The notes under the pieces were generated by a model. That model was not told the DNA's origin. It saw only the letters and a list, made by a program, of their open reading frames with translations, and did no database searches. From assembly GCA_002269645.1 (NCBI GenBank), contig NIVC01002218.1:46504-110503 (forward strand): a stretch of DNA of 64,000 nt. The letters run 5' to 3'. Positions 23,549-36,251 of this stretch are shown here, in pieces. Position 1 is the first letter of the stretch; each line of letters starts with the position of its first letter. Both the position numbers and the translations under genes were made by a program. The stretch is from Macrostomum lignano. Taxonomy: Eukaryota.

Positions 23549-26500
23549 ATGCCGTCCGACTCAGAATCCGACAAAGTTGAAGACGAAGAAGTCGAAGAGG
23601 AGGACGACGACGAGATCGACTCGGAAGAGCTCGAGGATCTCGAAGAGGACAACCAGCCGCCTTCGAAGCGGTCTCGGCAAGGTAAAAATTTGACCTCAGG
23701 TAGTTGCGATGTGGTCAGGCTTTACTGGACTTCTTCGGGAATCCCCTAATTTAGTTCGGGGTAGTCCCTGTTCTATTTTTAGCTCAGTCAATTGGCACCC
23801 TGTTTTTTTTCTAAGCTAGATGCCATTTGATTTAATTTCTGTAGTTCTGTGACTCATATTTTATTTTGGGTATCAATAATTTTATAATTTTTGCGATTTT
23901 TGGGAGTTCAAAACTATCAAATTGCCAAATTTTGGAGTCTGTAAACTTTGCAATTTCTGTAGGTCAGAGAGGCTAAACAGTGGAATTTGTAGGGTAGACC
24001 TGTTGGTGTTTGATTAATTATTGATTTTTTACTGATGCCAGCTGACATCCCGGTTTTCAATTTGGCAACCCAGTGTCTGAACCCAGGAAGACAAAGGGAA
24101 CCTGTGGAATCCTGTTCTGTTTTTAGCTATCATGTGGTGTGTTTTAATATGTCTGTACAAGTGAGAGAATTCCCTGTTCTATTTTTAGCTTTTGTGTGCT
24201 GCTTTCTAATATGCATATATAGTTAAGGGAATCCTTGTTCTATTTTTAGCTAACTGGTTGTTTTCCACCATGTATGTACAATCGAGGGAATTCCCTGATC
24301 TATTATTAGCCTAAATTTTTCCGGCATGCAATCGCAATGCAAAAACAATTATGCAGGCGCATCAGGCTCTGGCCAGAGGAAGTCCAGCTCAGACAAGGGC
24401 AAGCGCAGACGCGGCGACAGTCGCAAGCAGTTCGATCCGCGCAGCTTCGTAGTCGATGAGGCCGACGTCGACGATGATGATGACGACGACGAAGATGAAG
24501 ACGGAGACGATCTCGGCCTGTTGGACGAGTCCAAGCTGGCCGCGGAGACGGCCAAGGAGTTCGAGGAGCGCCTGCGCTACAACAACGACGAACGATGGAA
24601 CAGCGAGAAGGACCGGTTCGACCCCGAGGAGGAGGAGGAGATTGAGAACTATTATCGCAACCGGTATTCGCGCGGCGCCGCCGGGGCGGAGCGATTCGGC
24701 CAGGGCGCACACATGGCTGACGAGATTAGCCAGCAGAGCAATCTGCCCGGCGTCAAGGATCCCAACCTGTGGGTGGTCCGCTGCCAGGAGGGCGAGGAAA
24801 AGCAGGTTTGACTCTTTGTTGACTAGTTCTGATCTGGGCAGCTTATCTATGCATCTGTCTTTGTCTGTAAAGTCTTTGTCCTATGTATGCTGGGTATGTA
24901 TAGTCTATCTTGTGTATTCTAGGTATGTATAGTCTTTGTCCTATACATGCTGGGTATGTATAGTGCTTGTCCTATACATGCTTGGTATGTATAGCCTTTG
25001 TCCTATGTATGCTGATTGCTGAGTATGTATAGTCTTTGTCCTATACATGCTGGGTATGTATAGTCTTTGTCCTATACATGCTGGGTATGTATAGTCTTTG
25101 TCCTATACATGCTGGGTATGTATAGTCTGTCCTATACATGCTGGGTATGTATAGTCTTTGTCCTATACATGCTGGGTATGTATAGTCTGTCCTATACATG
25201 CTGGGTATGTATAGTCCGTCCTATACATGCTGGGTATGTATAGTCTTTGTCCTATACATGCTGGGTATGTATAGTCTGTCCTATACATGCTGGGTATGTA
25301 TAGTCTTTGTCCTGTACATGCTGGGTATGTATAGTCTGTCCTATACATGCTGGGTATGTATTGTGGCCCCAACCGGAGCAGTTGAAGCACCGACCTTGCT
25401 TGTGGGCACCTTTAGTTGGACATCTGCGCGCGATGTGACCGTCTTTGCCGCACTGGTAGCAACCGGATGTTCTCTGGGCCTGCCGACGGTCACCTGGTCC
25501 AGCGCGGCCTCCTCTAGCGGCGCCGCTTGTCACGGCAGCTGTCAGTGTCTCCAGCTGCTGCTCGAGTCGGGACAGCCGGTCGTCAACCACGGAGACCATA
25601 GACGAACTTGCGGGCGTGTTCTTGCTCATCACCTGCTCCAGTCTGGTGGCTCTCTCGACCAGCGTGCCCAGCGTGCATGTATCCGAGTCGCTCTCCTTGA
25701 GCAGGGCTTCGCGTATCCCTGCGCTTAATAGCTGGATAATTCTAAACTTGACCTCCCGATCACGGAGCGTTGATGGGTCATCCGGGCGGGCTCCCATGTA
25801 CAGCAGCCTGAGAGCGAATGAGAGCTCCCTGATTGACTCGCCATTCTTGCGTTGTCGACCTTGGAACTCCTGCATGGCGCGGTGCTGATTGGCAGAGCCG
25901 CCGTACTGCTGGAGAAGAAGTGCCTTGATTTTCTCATAACTCTTTTTATCGGCATCTGACATGTCCCAAACACAGACCTGGGCCTCCCCTCTCAGCAGGA
26001 GCTTCACTTTGGAGGCACGCTTTGCATCGTCCCAATTCTTGTCTTCGGCGAAGTCTTCAAAGATGCTCAGCCAAAAGTGCACGTTTGATTGGCCACTAAA
26101 CTTGGGCGGTAGTAAACTGGCGTCGTTGCTCTTCTCATCTCGCACTTCCATTCTGATCTGCCAACTTGAATTGGGCTTCGAAGCTGCTGATGTACTCGAA
26201 CCGGTTGGGAACGTGAAGGAGAAACTGAAGAACTGGGACGTGAACCCCGAACTGACAGAGCTAGAAAGAGACAAGCTGATGACCATCTTGAAAGCCAACG
26301 ACGACCTGTTCAGCACTCACGAGTTTGACCTCGGCTCCACAAGCGTACTAAAGCACCACATCGAGCTCGAGCCCGGAGCACGGCCATTCAGGCAGCGCCA
26401 GCGCCCGCTCCCCTGCCGCTGAGAGACCGAGTCGACGACAAGATTGGCCAGATGCTTGCGCACGACATCATTGAGCCGTCTAGCTCTCCATGGGCCAGCA

Positions 26501-29500
26501 ATTTGATCGTGGTCAAGAAAAAGAACGGAGACATCCGCATCTGCACTGACTGGCGCCAGCTGAATGCCGCTACGGTAAAGGACGCCTATCCGCTCCCACA
26601 CCTACAACAGTCCATGGACGCGCTCTCAGGCTGCTCTTGGTTCACGACAATCGATTGCAAGCAGGGTTTCAATCAAGTGGAAGTTGAGGAAGCCGACCGC
26701 TACAAGACGGCGTTTTACTCTACCAGAGGACTCATGCAGTTCAAGAAAATGGGATTTGGAATGTGCAACTCGCCGGCTACGTTCCAACGACTAATGGAGC
26801 TGATCATGTCTGGCCTCACATGGGAGGAGGTCCTGGTCTACGTGGATGATCTAATAGTGTTCAGTAAGAGCTTTGATCAGCATCTAGTCAGCCTACGACG
26901 GGTTTTTGAACGGCTTCGAAGCGCTGGTCTGAAACTGAACAAGGATAAGTCCGTGTTTGCGTACCGTAGTGTCAAGTACCTGGGCCATGTGGTCAGCAGC
27001 GAGGGAATTCAGCCAGACCCCAGTAAGGTGGAAGCTTTATCGAAGATTAAGACGCTGAGTTCAGCTGAGGAAGTGAGGCGATTCATCGGCATGCTGGGAT
27101 TTTACCGGCGATTCATCCAAGACTTCAGCAGGATAGCCGCGCCTCTGCATGCAGCAACGCAAAAGACCGGCTTCACCTGGACGGATGAGTGTGAGAGCGC
27201 TTTCACCAAACTAAGGGAAATGATCTGCCAGGCTCCCGTGCTTAGACTCCCAGATTTTAGCCGGCCCTTCATCCTGAGTTGCGATGCAAGCGCATTTGCA
27301 GTCGGCGCGGTTCTCAGTCAGGCACACGGAGATTCGGAACTGCCAGTCGCTTTTGCCTCAAGAACTCTGAATAAGGCAGAAAGGAACTACTCAGCTACCG
27401 ACAGAGAACTGCTCGCCTTAGTCTGGAGCCTAAAACATTTCAGGTCATACCTGTGTAACGTAAAGCACTTCACCGCGTTCACCGATCATCAGCCACTGAA
27501 GGGCCTGCTACAGACTAAGGAACCTGAAGGGCGTCTGGCGCGCTGGCTTGACACGATTCAGCAGTTCAACTTCACGCTCTGCTATCGGCCTGGTCGAGAG
27601 AATGTCGTCCCGGACATGTTGAGTCGAACCGCCACCACTCAGCTCGACAGCAGCAGGGATCAAGACTTCCTAGAGGAACAGCAGCGCGATGCGCTTCTGC
27701 AGAGTGTCTTCAAGGCGCTCACCGAGGGACGCGAGCACCTGTCCAACAGCGGTCAGCAGAAGGTCGAGGAGTTCTTGGGCGATGACGGAATTGAGATCGG
27801 ACCGCATGGCGCGCTGGTCAGGCAAGGAAAGCCGGTCGTTCCGAGCCATCTGCGAGCCGAGTTCCTGGCCGACGCCCACGATGCAGCCGCTAGCGGTCAC
27901 CTCGGCGCGGACAGAACACTACAGAAGTTGCGTGAGCGCTGCTGGTGGCCAAAAATGCAGCAGGATGTCCAGAACTGGGTGGCCAGCTGTGCAGCATGCC
28001 TTCGGCGCAAGAACAATAGTCACCCTCAGCGAGCTCCACTGCAGAGTACAGCACAGCCGGCGCGACCGTGGGAGACCGTGCAAATCGACATTAAGGGGCC
28101 GTTGCCAAGGACGCCTCGAGACAACAGCTACATTCTGAGCATCTGCGACTGCTTCTCCAAATGGATGGAAACCCGTGCTCTACCAAGTATCGAAGCCGAG
28201 CGAGTTGCTGATGTTCTGGTCCATCAAGTAGCCCTACGTCACGGAGTTCCGGACACGATTCACAGTGACCAGGGCCGGCAATTTGAGAGCCAGCTGTTTC
28301 AGTCTCTGTGTGAGCAGCTCGGTATGCGGAAGACTCGAACTTCCCCGTTTCATCCGAGTGGCAACGGCCTGGTGGAGCGCGGAAACCGCACTCTCGGTAA
28401 CATGTTGGCGACGGTCGTAGCGGAAAGCCAGGACGACTGGGATGTACAGCTGCCTTTTGTCACATGGGCATTCAACAGCTCTGCGCACTGTACGACTGGT
28501 CTGTCTCCGTTTCAAGTGCTACACGGTTGGCCACCAAGACTGCCGCTTGATGTCAAGCTGCCGCACACCAACAGCGGCGCTTCGGATACTCTGGAGTACG
28601 TCGAGGATGTTCAGAAACGGCTTTTGCAGAGTCGGAGGCTCGTCCACCAGAAGCTTCAGAGCGCGCAGACTGAGAGAAACGAACGATACAACAAGGACGT
28701 GCGGTTTCAGCCCTACAACCAAGGCGATCTGGTCATGCTAAGCTGCAAGACGGTGAAGCCTGGTCGCTCCAAGAGCCTCAGCAACCGCTGGACGGGGCCC
28801 TACGTCGTTCTCAAGCGGCTGGGTGAGGTCAACTATCGAGTGCGGCTGGCACCTGGCCTAGCGGTTCGGCGGCGTCGCAAGCTCGTGGTGCACCATGACC
28901 GCCTCAAGCCATTCGTGAAGCGGCGCGGCTCTCTGCAACTGACCGATGAGCAGCAGCCGGCTCCGGCTACCAGCACCAGTCCTGAGCAGCTGGGTGTGCC
29001 TGACGCCTGGGCTCAGCTGTCAGGCGGCAATGACGATGACGACGGTGACACCGAAGCAGCAATCGACCCGGTCGTCCCACCAGCGCTAAGACGTTCGGTA
29101 CGACAGCGGAGGCCTCCTGATTTTTATCGCCCTGAGTGAACCTTTTTTTGAACTTTTGCCATAGAGTTTTATTCCTCGTGCTTAAGGGGAAAGTGGTGTG
29201 AGTTTTGGTGTTCGTTGTGTTGGCTGTTTTGGGGGTTGGCCTGCGCTGGGGGGTTGGGCACGCTTTTATTCACCTGAACCTATATCGATCGGAATGTACG
29301 CGCGTACATAGTTAATGACAAATATATATATCGACTAACTTGGCCTTTGAGCCCTCGTACTGATTTTCTCGCAATTCTGGTCTTACACTATAGTCCGTCC
29401 TATACATTCTGGGTATGTATAGTCTTTGTCCTATACATGCTGGGTATGTATAGTCTTTGTCCTATACATGCTGGGTATGTATAGTCTTTGTCCTATACAT

Positions 29501-31854
29501 GCTGGGTATGTATAGTCTGTCCTATACATGCTGGGTATGTATAGTCTTTGTCCTATACATGCTGGGTATGTATAGTCTGTCCTATACATGCTGGGTATGT
29601 ATAGTCCGTCCTATACATGCTGGGTATGTATAGTCTTTGTCCCATACATGCTTGGTATGTATAGTCTTTGTCCTATACATGCTTGGTATGTATAGTCTTT
29701 GTCCTATACATGCTTGGTATGTATAGTCTGTCCCATACATGCTGGGTATGTATAGTCTTTGTCCTATACATGCTTGGTATGTATAGTCTGTCCCATACAT
29801 GCTGGGTATGTATAGTCTTTGTCCTATACATGCTTGGTATGTATAGTCCGCCTGTCTTACTATTGTAATTCAACCAGATTAACCGATCTTCAGCTATCCA
29901 TATAATTAATCTAGAATCCGTCTCACCTGTCAATCAATCCCATCGGCAGGTGGTGCTTAGCCTGATGCGCAAGATGATCGCCTACCAGAATACGGACGAG
30001 CCGCTCCAGATAAAATCAGTGATCGCCAAGGACAATCTGAAAGGCTACGTGTACATTGAATCGTTCAAGCTCACGCACGTCAAGCAGGCTATTGAAGGCA
30101 TCGGTGCGTTGAGCCGCGGCCGCTACCAGCAGCAGATGGTGCCCATCGGCGAGATGACCGACGTACTTCGCGTTGTTAAAGACACAACGGCGCTTCGGCC
30201 CGGCCAGTGGGTTCGGCTTAAAACCGGTTTGTTTAAAGACGACCTGGCCAGGGTGTACGAAGTTCGAGAATCCATGAACCAGGTGGACCTGGTGCTGCTG
30301 CCGCGGATTGACTACAGCAGGAAGCGGGGAGTGCTGCGCGGCCAAGACAAGGACGCTGGCGGCGGGGAGCAGCAGGCGATGAATAAGAGGCGGTTCAAGC
30401 GGTTTCCTCAGGTGAGAGAGCTGGTTTGGATTCCGTGCGCAAACCGTTGCGGGACGATGTCAGGAGCAAAAATGATTAAGAATGAACAACAGGCATTTTA
30501 CTCAATGTACACAAGTGTAAGAGACGGCAAAAACTCAGTCTAGGGGGCAGGCCCGATCTAGCTCAGCCAATGAGAGAGCAGTAAGGAGAGAGGTCAAAGT
30601 CAGACGGGCGAAACTCAGTCTAGGGGGCAGGTCCAATCTAGCCCAGCCAATGAGAGAGCAGTAAGGAGAGAGGTCAAAGTCAGACGGACGAAACTCAGTC
30701 TAGGGGGCAGGTCCAATCTAGCCCAGCCAATGAGAGAGCAGAAAGGAGAGAGGTCAAAGTCAGACGGGCGAAACTCAGTCTAGGGGGCAGGTCCAATCTA
30801 GCCCAGCCAATGAGAGAGCAGTAAGGAGAGAGGTCAAAGTCAGACGGACGAAACTCAGTCTAGGGGGCAGGTCCAATCTAGCCCAGCCAATGAGAGAGCA
30901 GAAAGGAGAGAGGTCAAAGTCAGACAGAGGAGACTCAGTCTAGAGGGTAGGCCCGATCTAGCTCAGCCAATGAGAGAGCAGTAAGGAAGGAGAGATAAAT
31001 TTCTCGGTTTCAAGTTTTCCTGCAGTCTGGACTCGGTAAAACAGGATGAAGATGCCAATATAATGGGTCTGCTTGTAGAAAACCAGAGGCGATTGTTGCC
31101 TCGAAAAGTTGAATAAGCTTTTAAATTTTTGTATTAGTATAAGGCAAAAACTTTAGATAAAGAGGTATTAAGCACATTTTGCGAGTTTCACTTGTTTATT
31201 CTAGCATCGTTTGTGTTTTAGACTCACTGCGAAAGCTCGCTTACCTCCATCACCCTACCTGTCAAATCCTGTTGCTATGCAGGCCCTATTCGATCGCACC
31301 CGAATCCACGAGATTGGCGGCGAGACCAATCGAGAAGGCGACTACACAATATTCGAGGGTAACTATTACGACATCAAAGGCTTCTTGCGTAAGACATTCA
31401 AAATGAACGCCATCATTAGCGAAGGAGTGAAGCCGACTCTAACCGAACTGGAGAAGTTCCAGGCTACCCCAGACACCCCGCTGGACTCGAGATGCTCAAC
31501 GTGGGCTCCGGCAGTCGATCGGACTCGTCCGCCCACGCATTCGCTCCTGGCGACGTTGTTGAAGTTTGTGAAGGCGAACTCAAGGACCTTCAGGGACGGG
31601 TTATTCGGATTGAAGGTGACGAGGTCACCATACTGCCAAATCACGACGATCTCAAAGACCCGTTGCCGTTCCCGTCTAGCGAGCTGAGGAAGCACTTCAA
31701 CCCAGGCAATCACGTCAAGGTTGGTTGGCTGCGGGCTTCGGGCTGCTTGAATTTGATCATCTGGGATGTGTTATCTGGACCCTCAGATTCACCCAGTGAC
31801 CTGCTTCTGATCCCATTTCACCCTACCTCTCTCTAACCTCCTCTCTCTCCCCCT

Positions 31855-31935
<81 letters not shown>

Positions 31936-34900
31936 CCCTGTTCCCCTGTCACCTCCCTCTCACCCCTACCAGCCTCCCTCTCACCCCTACCAGCCTCCCT
32001 CTCTCCCCTACCACCCTCCCTCTCTCCTCTATCACTCTCCCTCTCTCCCCTACCACCCTCCCTCTCACCCCTACCACCCTCCCTCTCTCCCCTACCACCC
32101 TCCCTCTCTCCCCTACCACCCTCCCTCTCTCCCCTACCACCCTCCCTCTCTCCCCTACCACCCTCCCTCTCTCCTCTACCACCCTCCCTCTCTCCCCTAC
32201 CACCCTCCCTCTCTCCCCTACCACCCTCCCTCTCCTCTACCACCCTCCCTCTCTCCCCTACCACCCTCCCTCTCTCCCCTACCATCCTCCCTCTCACCCC
32301 TACCAGCCTCCCTCTCTCCCCTACCACCCTCCCTCTCTCCTCTATCACTCTCCCTCTCTCCCCTACCACCCTCCCTCTCACCCCTACCACCCTCCCTCTC
32401 TCCCCTACCACCCTCCCTCTCTCCCCTACCACCCTCCCTCTCTCCCCTACCACCCTCCCTCTCTCCTCTATCGCCGTCTCTCCTGAAGTATCCCTCCCCC
32501 TTGCACTCACCCGGAATCCTTCCATCTGCCAACACAACGAGCAGTTCCTGTGAAAACTTGTTTGTTTTCCATCTCTACGCACCGAACCTGACTGCCTCAA
32601 TTTGACAGCCACAAATTGACTGCTAAACCCCAACCTAATTCGTCCGCAGTTGAGTAGTGCCAGTAAATAATAGCATGAAAAAAACTACTATATAATTTTA
32701 ATATATCACTCCAGGCCATCGGCGGCCGTTTCGAAGGCGACACAGGCCTGGTGATTCGCGTAGACAACAGCGTAGCCATTGTCCTGTCCGACCTGACCTT
32801 CAACGAGTTCAAAGTGGCCGTGAAAGACCTTCAACTGTGCGCTGAGACTTCCACAGGCGTTGACCAGGCCGGGCACTACCAGATTGGCGACCTGGTGCAG
32901 ATTGATCCGCAAACTGTTGGCGTGATCATCCGCCTAGAGAAGGAGCACTTCTCGCTGCTCACTATGCACGACAAGGTCATCCGGGTGAAGCAGAACGCCC
33001 TGTTGCGCAGGCGGGACAATCGGCACGCCCAGGCGTTGGACGCTGACGGGCACCCGATCCAGCCCAAGGAGGTGGTCAAGATTGCCGAGGGACCACACAG
33101 CGGCTACCAGGTTGGTTTCTTGCCGCCGATAGTGGTAAAGGGAGGGTAATAGGGGGGATGGGTGATGATAGGGTAGATATGGTTAATAGGAGAGATAGGG
33201 ATGATAGGGTGGATGGGAATGAAAGGGGAGACTGGGAGGGTGGTAGGGGAGAGGGAGGGTGGTAGGGGAGAGAGGGAGGCTGGTAGGGGAGAGAGGGAGG
33301 CTGGTAGGGGAGAGAGGGAGGCTGGTAGGGGAGAGAGGGAGGCTGGTAGGGGAGAGAGGGAGGCTGGTAGGGGAGAGAGGGAGGCTGGTAGGGGAGAGAG
33401 GGAGGCTGGTAGGGGAGAGAGGGAGGCTGGTAGGGGAGAGAGGGAGGCTGGTAGGGGAGAGAGGGAGGCTGGTAGGGGAGAGAGGGAGGCTGGTAGGGGA
33501 GAGAGGGAGGCTGGTAGGGGAGAGAGGGAGGCTGGTAGGGGAGAGAGGGAGGCTGGTAGGGGAGAGAGGGAGGCTGGTAGGGGAGAGAGGGAGGCTGGTA
33601 GGGGAGAGAGGGAGGCTGGTAGGGGAGAGAGGGAGGCTGGTAGGGGAGAGAGGGAGGCTGGTAGGGGAGAGAGGGAGGCTGGTAGGGGAGAGAGGGAGGC
33701 TGGTAGGGGAGAGAGGGAGGCTGGTAGGGGAGAGAGGGAGGCTGGTAGGGGAGAGAGGGAGGCTGGTAGGGGAGAGAGGGAGGCTGGTAGGGGAGAGAGG
33801 GAGGCTGGTAGGGGAGAGAGGGAGGCTGGTAGGGGAGAGAGGGAGGCTGGTAGGGGAGAGAGGGAGGCTGGTAGGGGAGAGAGGGAGGCTGGTAGGGGAG
33901 AGAGGGAGGCTGGTAGGGGAGAGAGGGAGGCTGGTAGGGGAGAGAGGGAGGCTGGTAGGGGAGAGAGGGAGGGTGGTAGGGGACCATAAGAGATCCGTGA
34001 GCATTAGCATAATCCAACCCATTTCTTTAATCTCCAGGGTGAGGTCCGTCACATATTCCGCTCCTGGGCATTCGTCTACTGCCGCACCCACTCTGAGAAC
34101 GGCGGCATTGTGGTGGCCCGAACTCGACACCTGCAGCGGGCTGGCGGGGGCACCTCTGCCGCCCGGGTTGGCGGAGGCGGTGGAGGGCCGCCCAAGCCTC
34201 TGTCGCAGCCGTTCGCCAGCCCCATCCACCCCATGAGCGGCGGCGGCGGAGGCGTAGGCGCCCCAGCTATGGACACCGGCGGCCGCGGCAGAGGCTTCCG
34301 TTCTGCTTCGGCAGCCGCGGCGGCTGCGGCGGCGGCGGCCGACCGCGGCCTGATCGGCCAGACAGTCCGAGTGACGCAAGGTCATTTCAAGAATCACGTG
34401 GGCATTGTGAAGGACGTGATTGACAACACGGTACGGCTGGAGCTGCACTCCCAGTACAAGATGATCAGCGTTGATCGATCACGAATCACCCCAGTGGACG
34501 GGCAGCGCCAGAACCGGCCGTCAGCCAGCACCTACGGCCGCACGCCGCTGCACGGCGCCCAGACTCCCGGCTACGGAATGGGCGGCGGCTCAGGTCGGAC
34601 CCCGATGTACGGCGCCGGCGGCCAGACCCCGATTCACGACGGCTCCAGGACCCCGCACTACGGCAATATGACGCCTAGGGCCGAGGGCGGCGCCACTCCT
34701 GGCCATCCCGGCTCCGCCTGGGACCCGACTTCGGGAGCGACGCCCAGGCACCGCTTCGGGCCCGATTCGTTTGACTATGACTACGAGATAGAGAGTCCGT
34801 CGGTGAGTCACTGCCTGCTAAGGTTGTGGGGATGCTGCTCAGTGACCAGCTGAGGGTGTGGGGATGGTGCGCAGTGACCAGCTGAGGGTGTGGGGATGGT

Positions 34901-36067
34901 GTTCAATGACCAGCTGAGGGTGTGGGGATGGTGCGCAGTGACCAGCGGAGGGTGTGGGGATGGTGTTCAATGACCAGCTGAGGGTGTGGGGATGGTGCGC
35001 AGTGACCAGCTGAGGGTGTGGGGAACGCTGCTCAATGACCAGCTGAGGGTGTGGGGAATGCTGCCTAATGACCAGCTGAGGGTGTGGGGAATGCTGCTCA
35101 ATGACCAGCTGAGGGTGTGGGGATGGTGCTCAGTGACCAGCTGAGGGTGTGGGGAACGCTGCTCAATGACCAGCTGAGGGTGTGGGGAATGCTGCTTAAT
35201 GACCAGCTGAGGGTGTGGGGAATGCTGCTCAGTGGCCAGCTGAGGGTGTGGGGAACGCTGCTCAATGACCAGCTGAGGGTGTGGGGAATGCTGCCTAATG
35301 ACCAGCTGAGGGTGTGGGGAATGCTGCTCAATGACCAGCTGAGGGTGTGGGGATGGTGCTCAGTGACCAGCTGAGGGTGTGGGGAACGCTGCTCAATGAC
35401 CAGCTGAGGGTGTGGGGAATGCTGCTTAATGACCAGCTGAGGGTGTGGGGAATGCTGCTCAGTGACCAGCTGAGGGTGTGGGAAGCTATCAAGGAGTTTA
35501 GCCTGTGCTCCAAACAGGTGCTCACTTTCACCGTTTCTATCCCAGGTGTCCGCCGGTGCCCCGCTGACTCCAACGGCTCGCGGCATCACGGAGGCCTCGC
35601 CGATGTCTGGCTCTGACTTCAGCCCGTCGCCCGGCTTCAGCCCGCTGACCCCAGGCGGCCTGCCCTACACGCCGCACACTCCGGGCGGAGCTCTGCTGCA
35701 CCAGAACTCCTCAGACGGTGTGGAATGGGTGACGCCCGACATTGTGGTGACAATCAGGGCCAGCTGCGAGGACGAATCGTTGCGCAATCTTGAGGGTCAC
35801 GTGCGCGGCGTGTCGGGCCACCAGGCGAGCGTCTACCTGCCCGCTGAGAAGCGAGTCGTGTCGGTGAACGCACAGCACCTGACGCCGAGAGTGCCCGAGT
35901 CCGGCGACCGAGTGAAGGTGATCGCCGGCGAGGACCGGCACCAGACTGGCCAGTGCCTCAGTGTGGACACCAACGAAGGCGTCGTCAAGATCACCGAGGG
36001 ACCGCTGAAGCTGCTCAACTTGAGCCTGCTGGCTAAGATGATCGACCAGGTTGACGCGGCGTCCTGA
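23549..36067 (+). CDS. SUPT5H: Transcription elongation factor SPT5 (about 1050 aa; one 1-nt frameshift in exon 4)
   Basis: Exons 23549-23681, 24357-24805, 29950-30411, 31283-31719, 32715-33110, 34038-34802, 35546-36067. Features: acidic N-terminus; NGN domain (LPGVKDPNLWVVRC, LKGYVYIE); KOW motifs (PGQWVRLKTGLFKDDL, FAPGDVVEVCEGEL, GRFEGDTG, LIGQTVRVTQGHFK); CTR repeats (GRTPMYG, GSRTPHYG); C-terminal KOW pair. Confidence 0.95.
25362..26151 (-). CDS. gag: Gypsy Gag (truncated in the second zinc knuckle)
   Basis: PPKFSG...W, QEFQGRQRKNGESIREL capsid-like region, then CYQCGKDGHIARRC and an incomplete CFNCSGWGH. Confidence 0.85.
26162..29139 (+). CDS. pol: Gypsy Pol (RT, RNase H, integrase); 1-nt frameshift at about 26410-26413
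   Basis: SSPWASNLIVVKKKNG, YVDD, CDASAFAVGAVL, TDHQPL, HLG...C..C, DIKGPLP, SDQGRQF, NGLVERGNRTL and GPYVV. The 895-aa ORF 26452-29139 is uninterrupted. Confidence 0.95.
29197..29387 (+). repeat. 3' LTR (191 bp)
   Basis: Starts TGTGAG directly after the purine run AAGGGGAAAGTGG and ends CTTACA, after which the host satellite resumes. Confidence 0.75.
30531..30990 (+). repeat. 80-bp tandem repeat (about 5.5 copies) in SPT5 intron 3
   Basis: AAACTCAGTC recurs at 30531, 30611, 30691, 30771 and 30851; each unit contains CAGCCAATGAGAG. Confidence 0.95.
31855..32470 (+). repeat. (CA)n/(CT)n followed by a 21-bp pyrimidine-rich minisatellite in SPT5 intron 4
   Basis: Unit CCCTACCA(C/G)CCTCCCTCTCTC. 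Confidence 0.95.
33235..33982 (+). repeat. 21-bp purine-rich minisatellite in SPT5 intron 5
   Basis: Unit GAGAGAGGGAGGCTGGTAGGG, the reverse complement of the intron 4 unit. Confidence 0.95.
34830..35485 (+). repeat. 32/33-bp minisatellite in SPT5 intron 6
   Basis: Unit GACCAGCTGAGGGTGTGGGGAATGCTGCTCAAT with variants. Confidence 0.95.
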
Positions 36068-36251
36068 GCATTAGACTCAACTTCTGCAACTGACCTAAAA
36101 CAGAAGACTTCAGTTTCTGGGCCTGTGCATTGCTGTTGTTCTTTGTTGGGAGTTGCACTTTTCATGTGTCTGCATTGCTGAATTTCATTTTTATGTTGCT
36201 TAAAGATAAACTATTGCTTATTTCTGGTCTGGGTTAAGAAAAATAAATCGT

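Larger units (their letters stand above)
25362..29387 (+). mobile_element. Rearranged Ty3/Gypsy LTR retrotransposon (inverted gag, pol, single 3' LTR)
   Basis: Pol order RT-RNaseH-integrase, then a polypurine tract at about 29184-29196 and a TGTGAG...CTTACA LTR. No 5' LTR, and no protease motif recognised. Confidence 0.92.
24880..29850 (+). repeat. 29/31-bp minisatellite in SPT5 intron 2, split by the Gypsy insertion (24880-25361 and 29388-29850)
   Basis: Unit TATACATGCTGGGTATGTATAGTC(TT)TGTCC lies in the same orientation on both sides of the insertion. Confidence 0.95.

Noticed and set aside
33076-34448. Long ORFs encoding (SLPYQPP)n, (PTSLPLS)n, (GEREAGR)n
   Set aside because: These are translations of the stop-free 21-bp intronic minisatellite between well-defined SPT5 exons.
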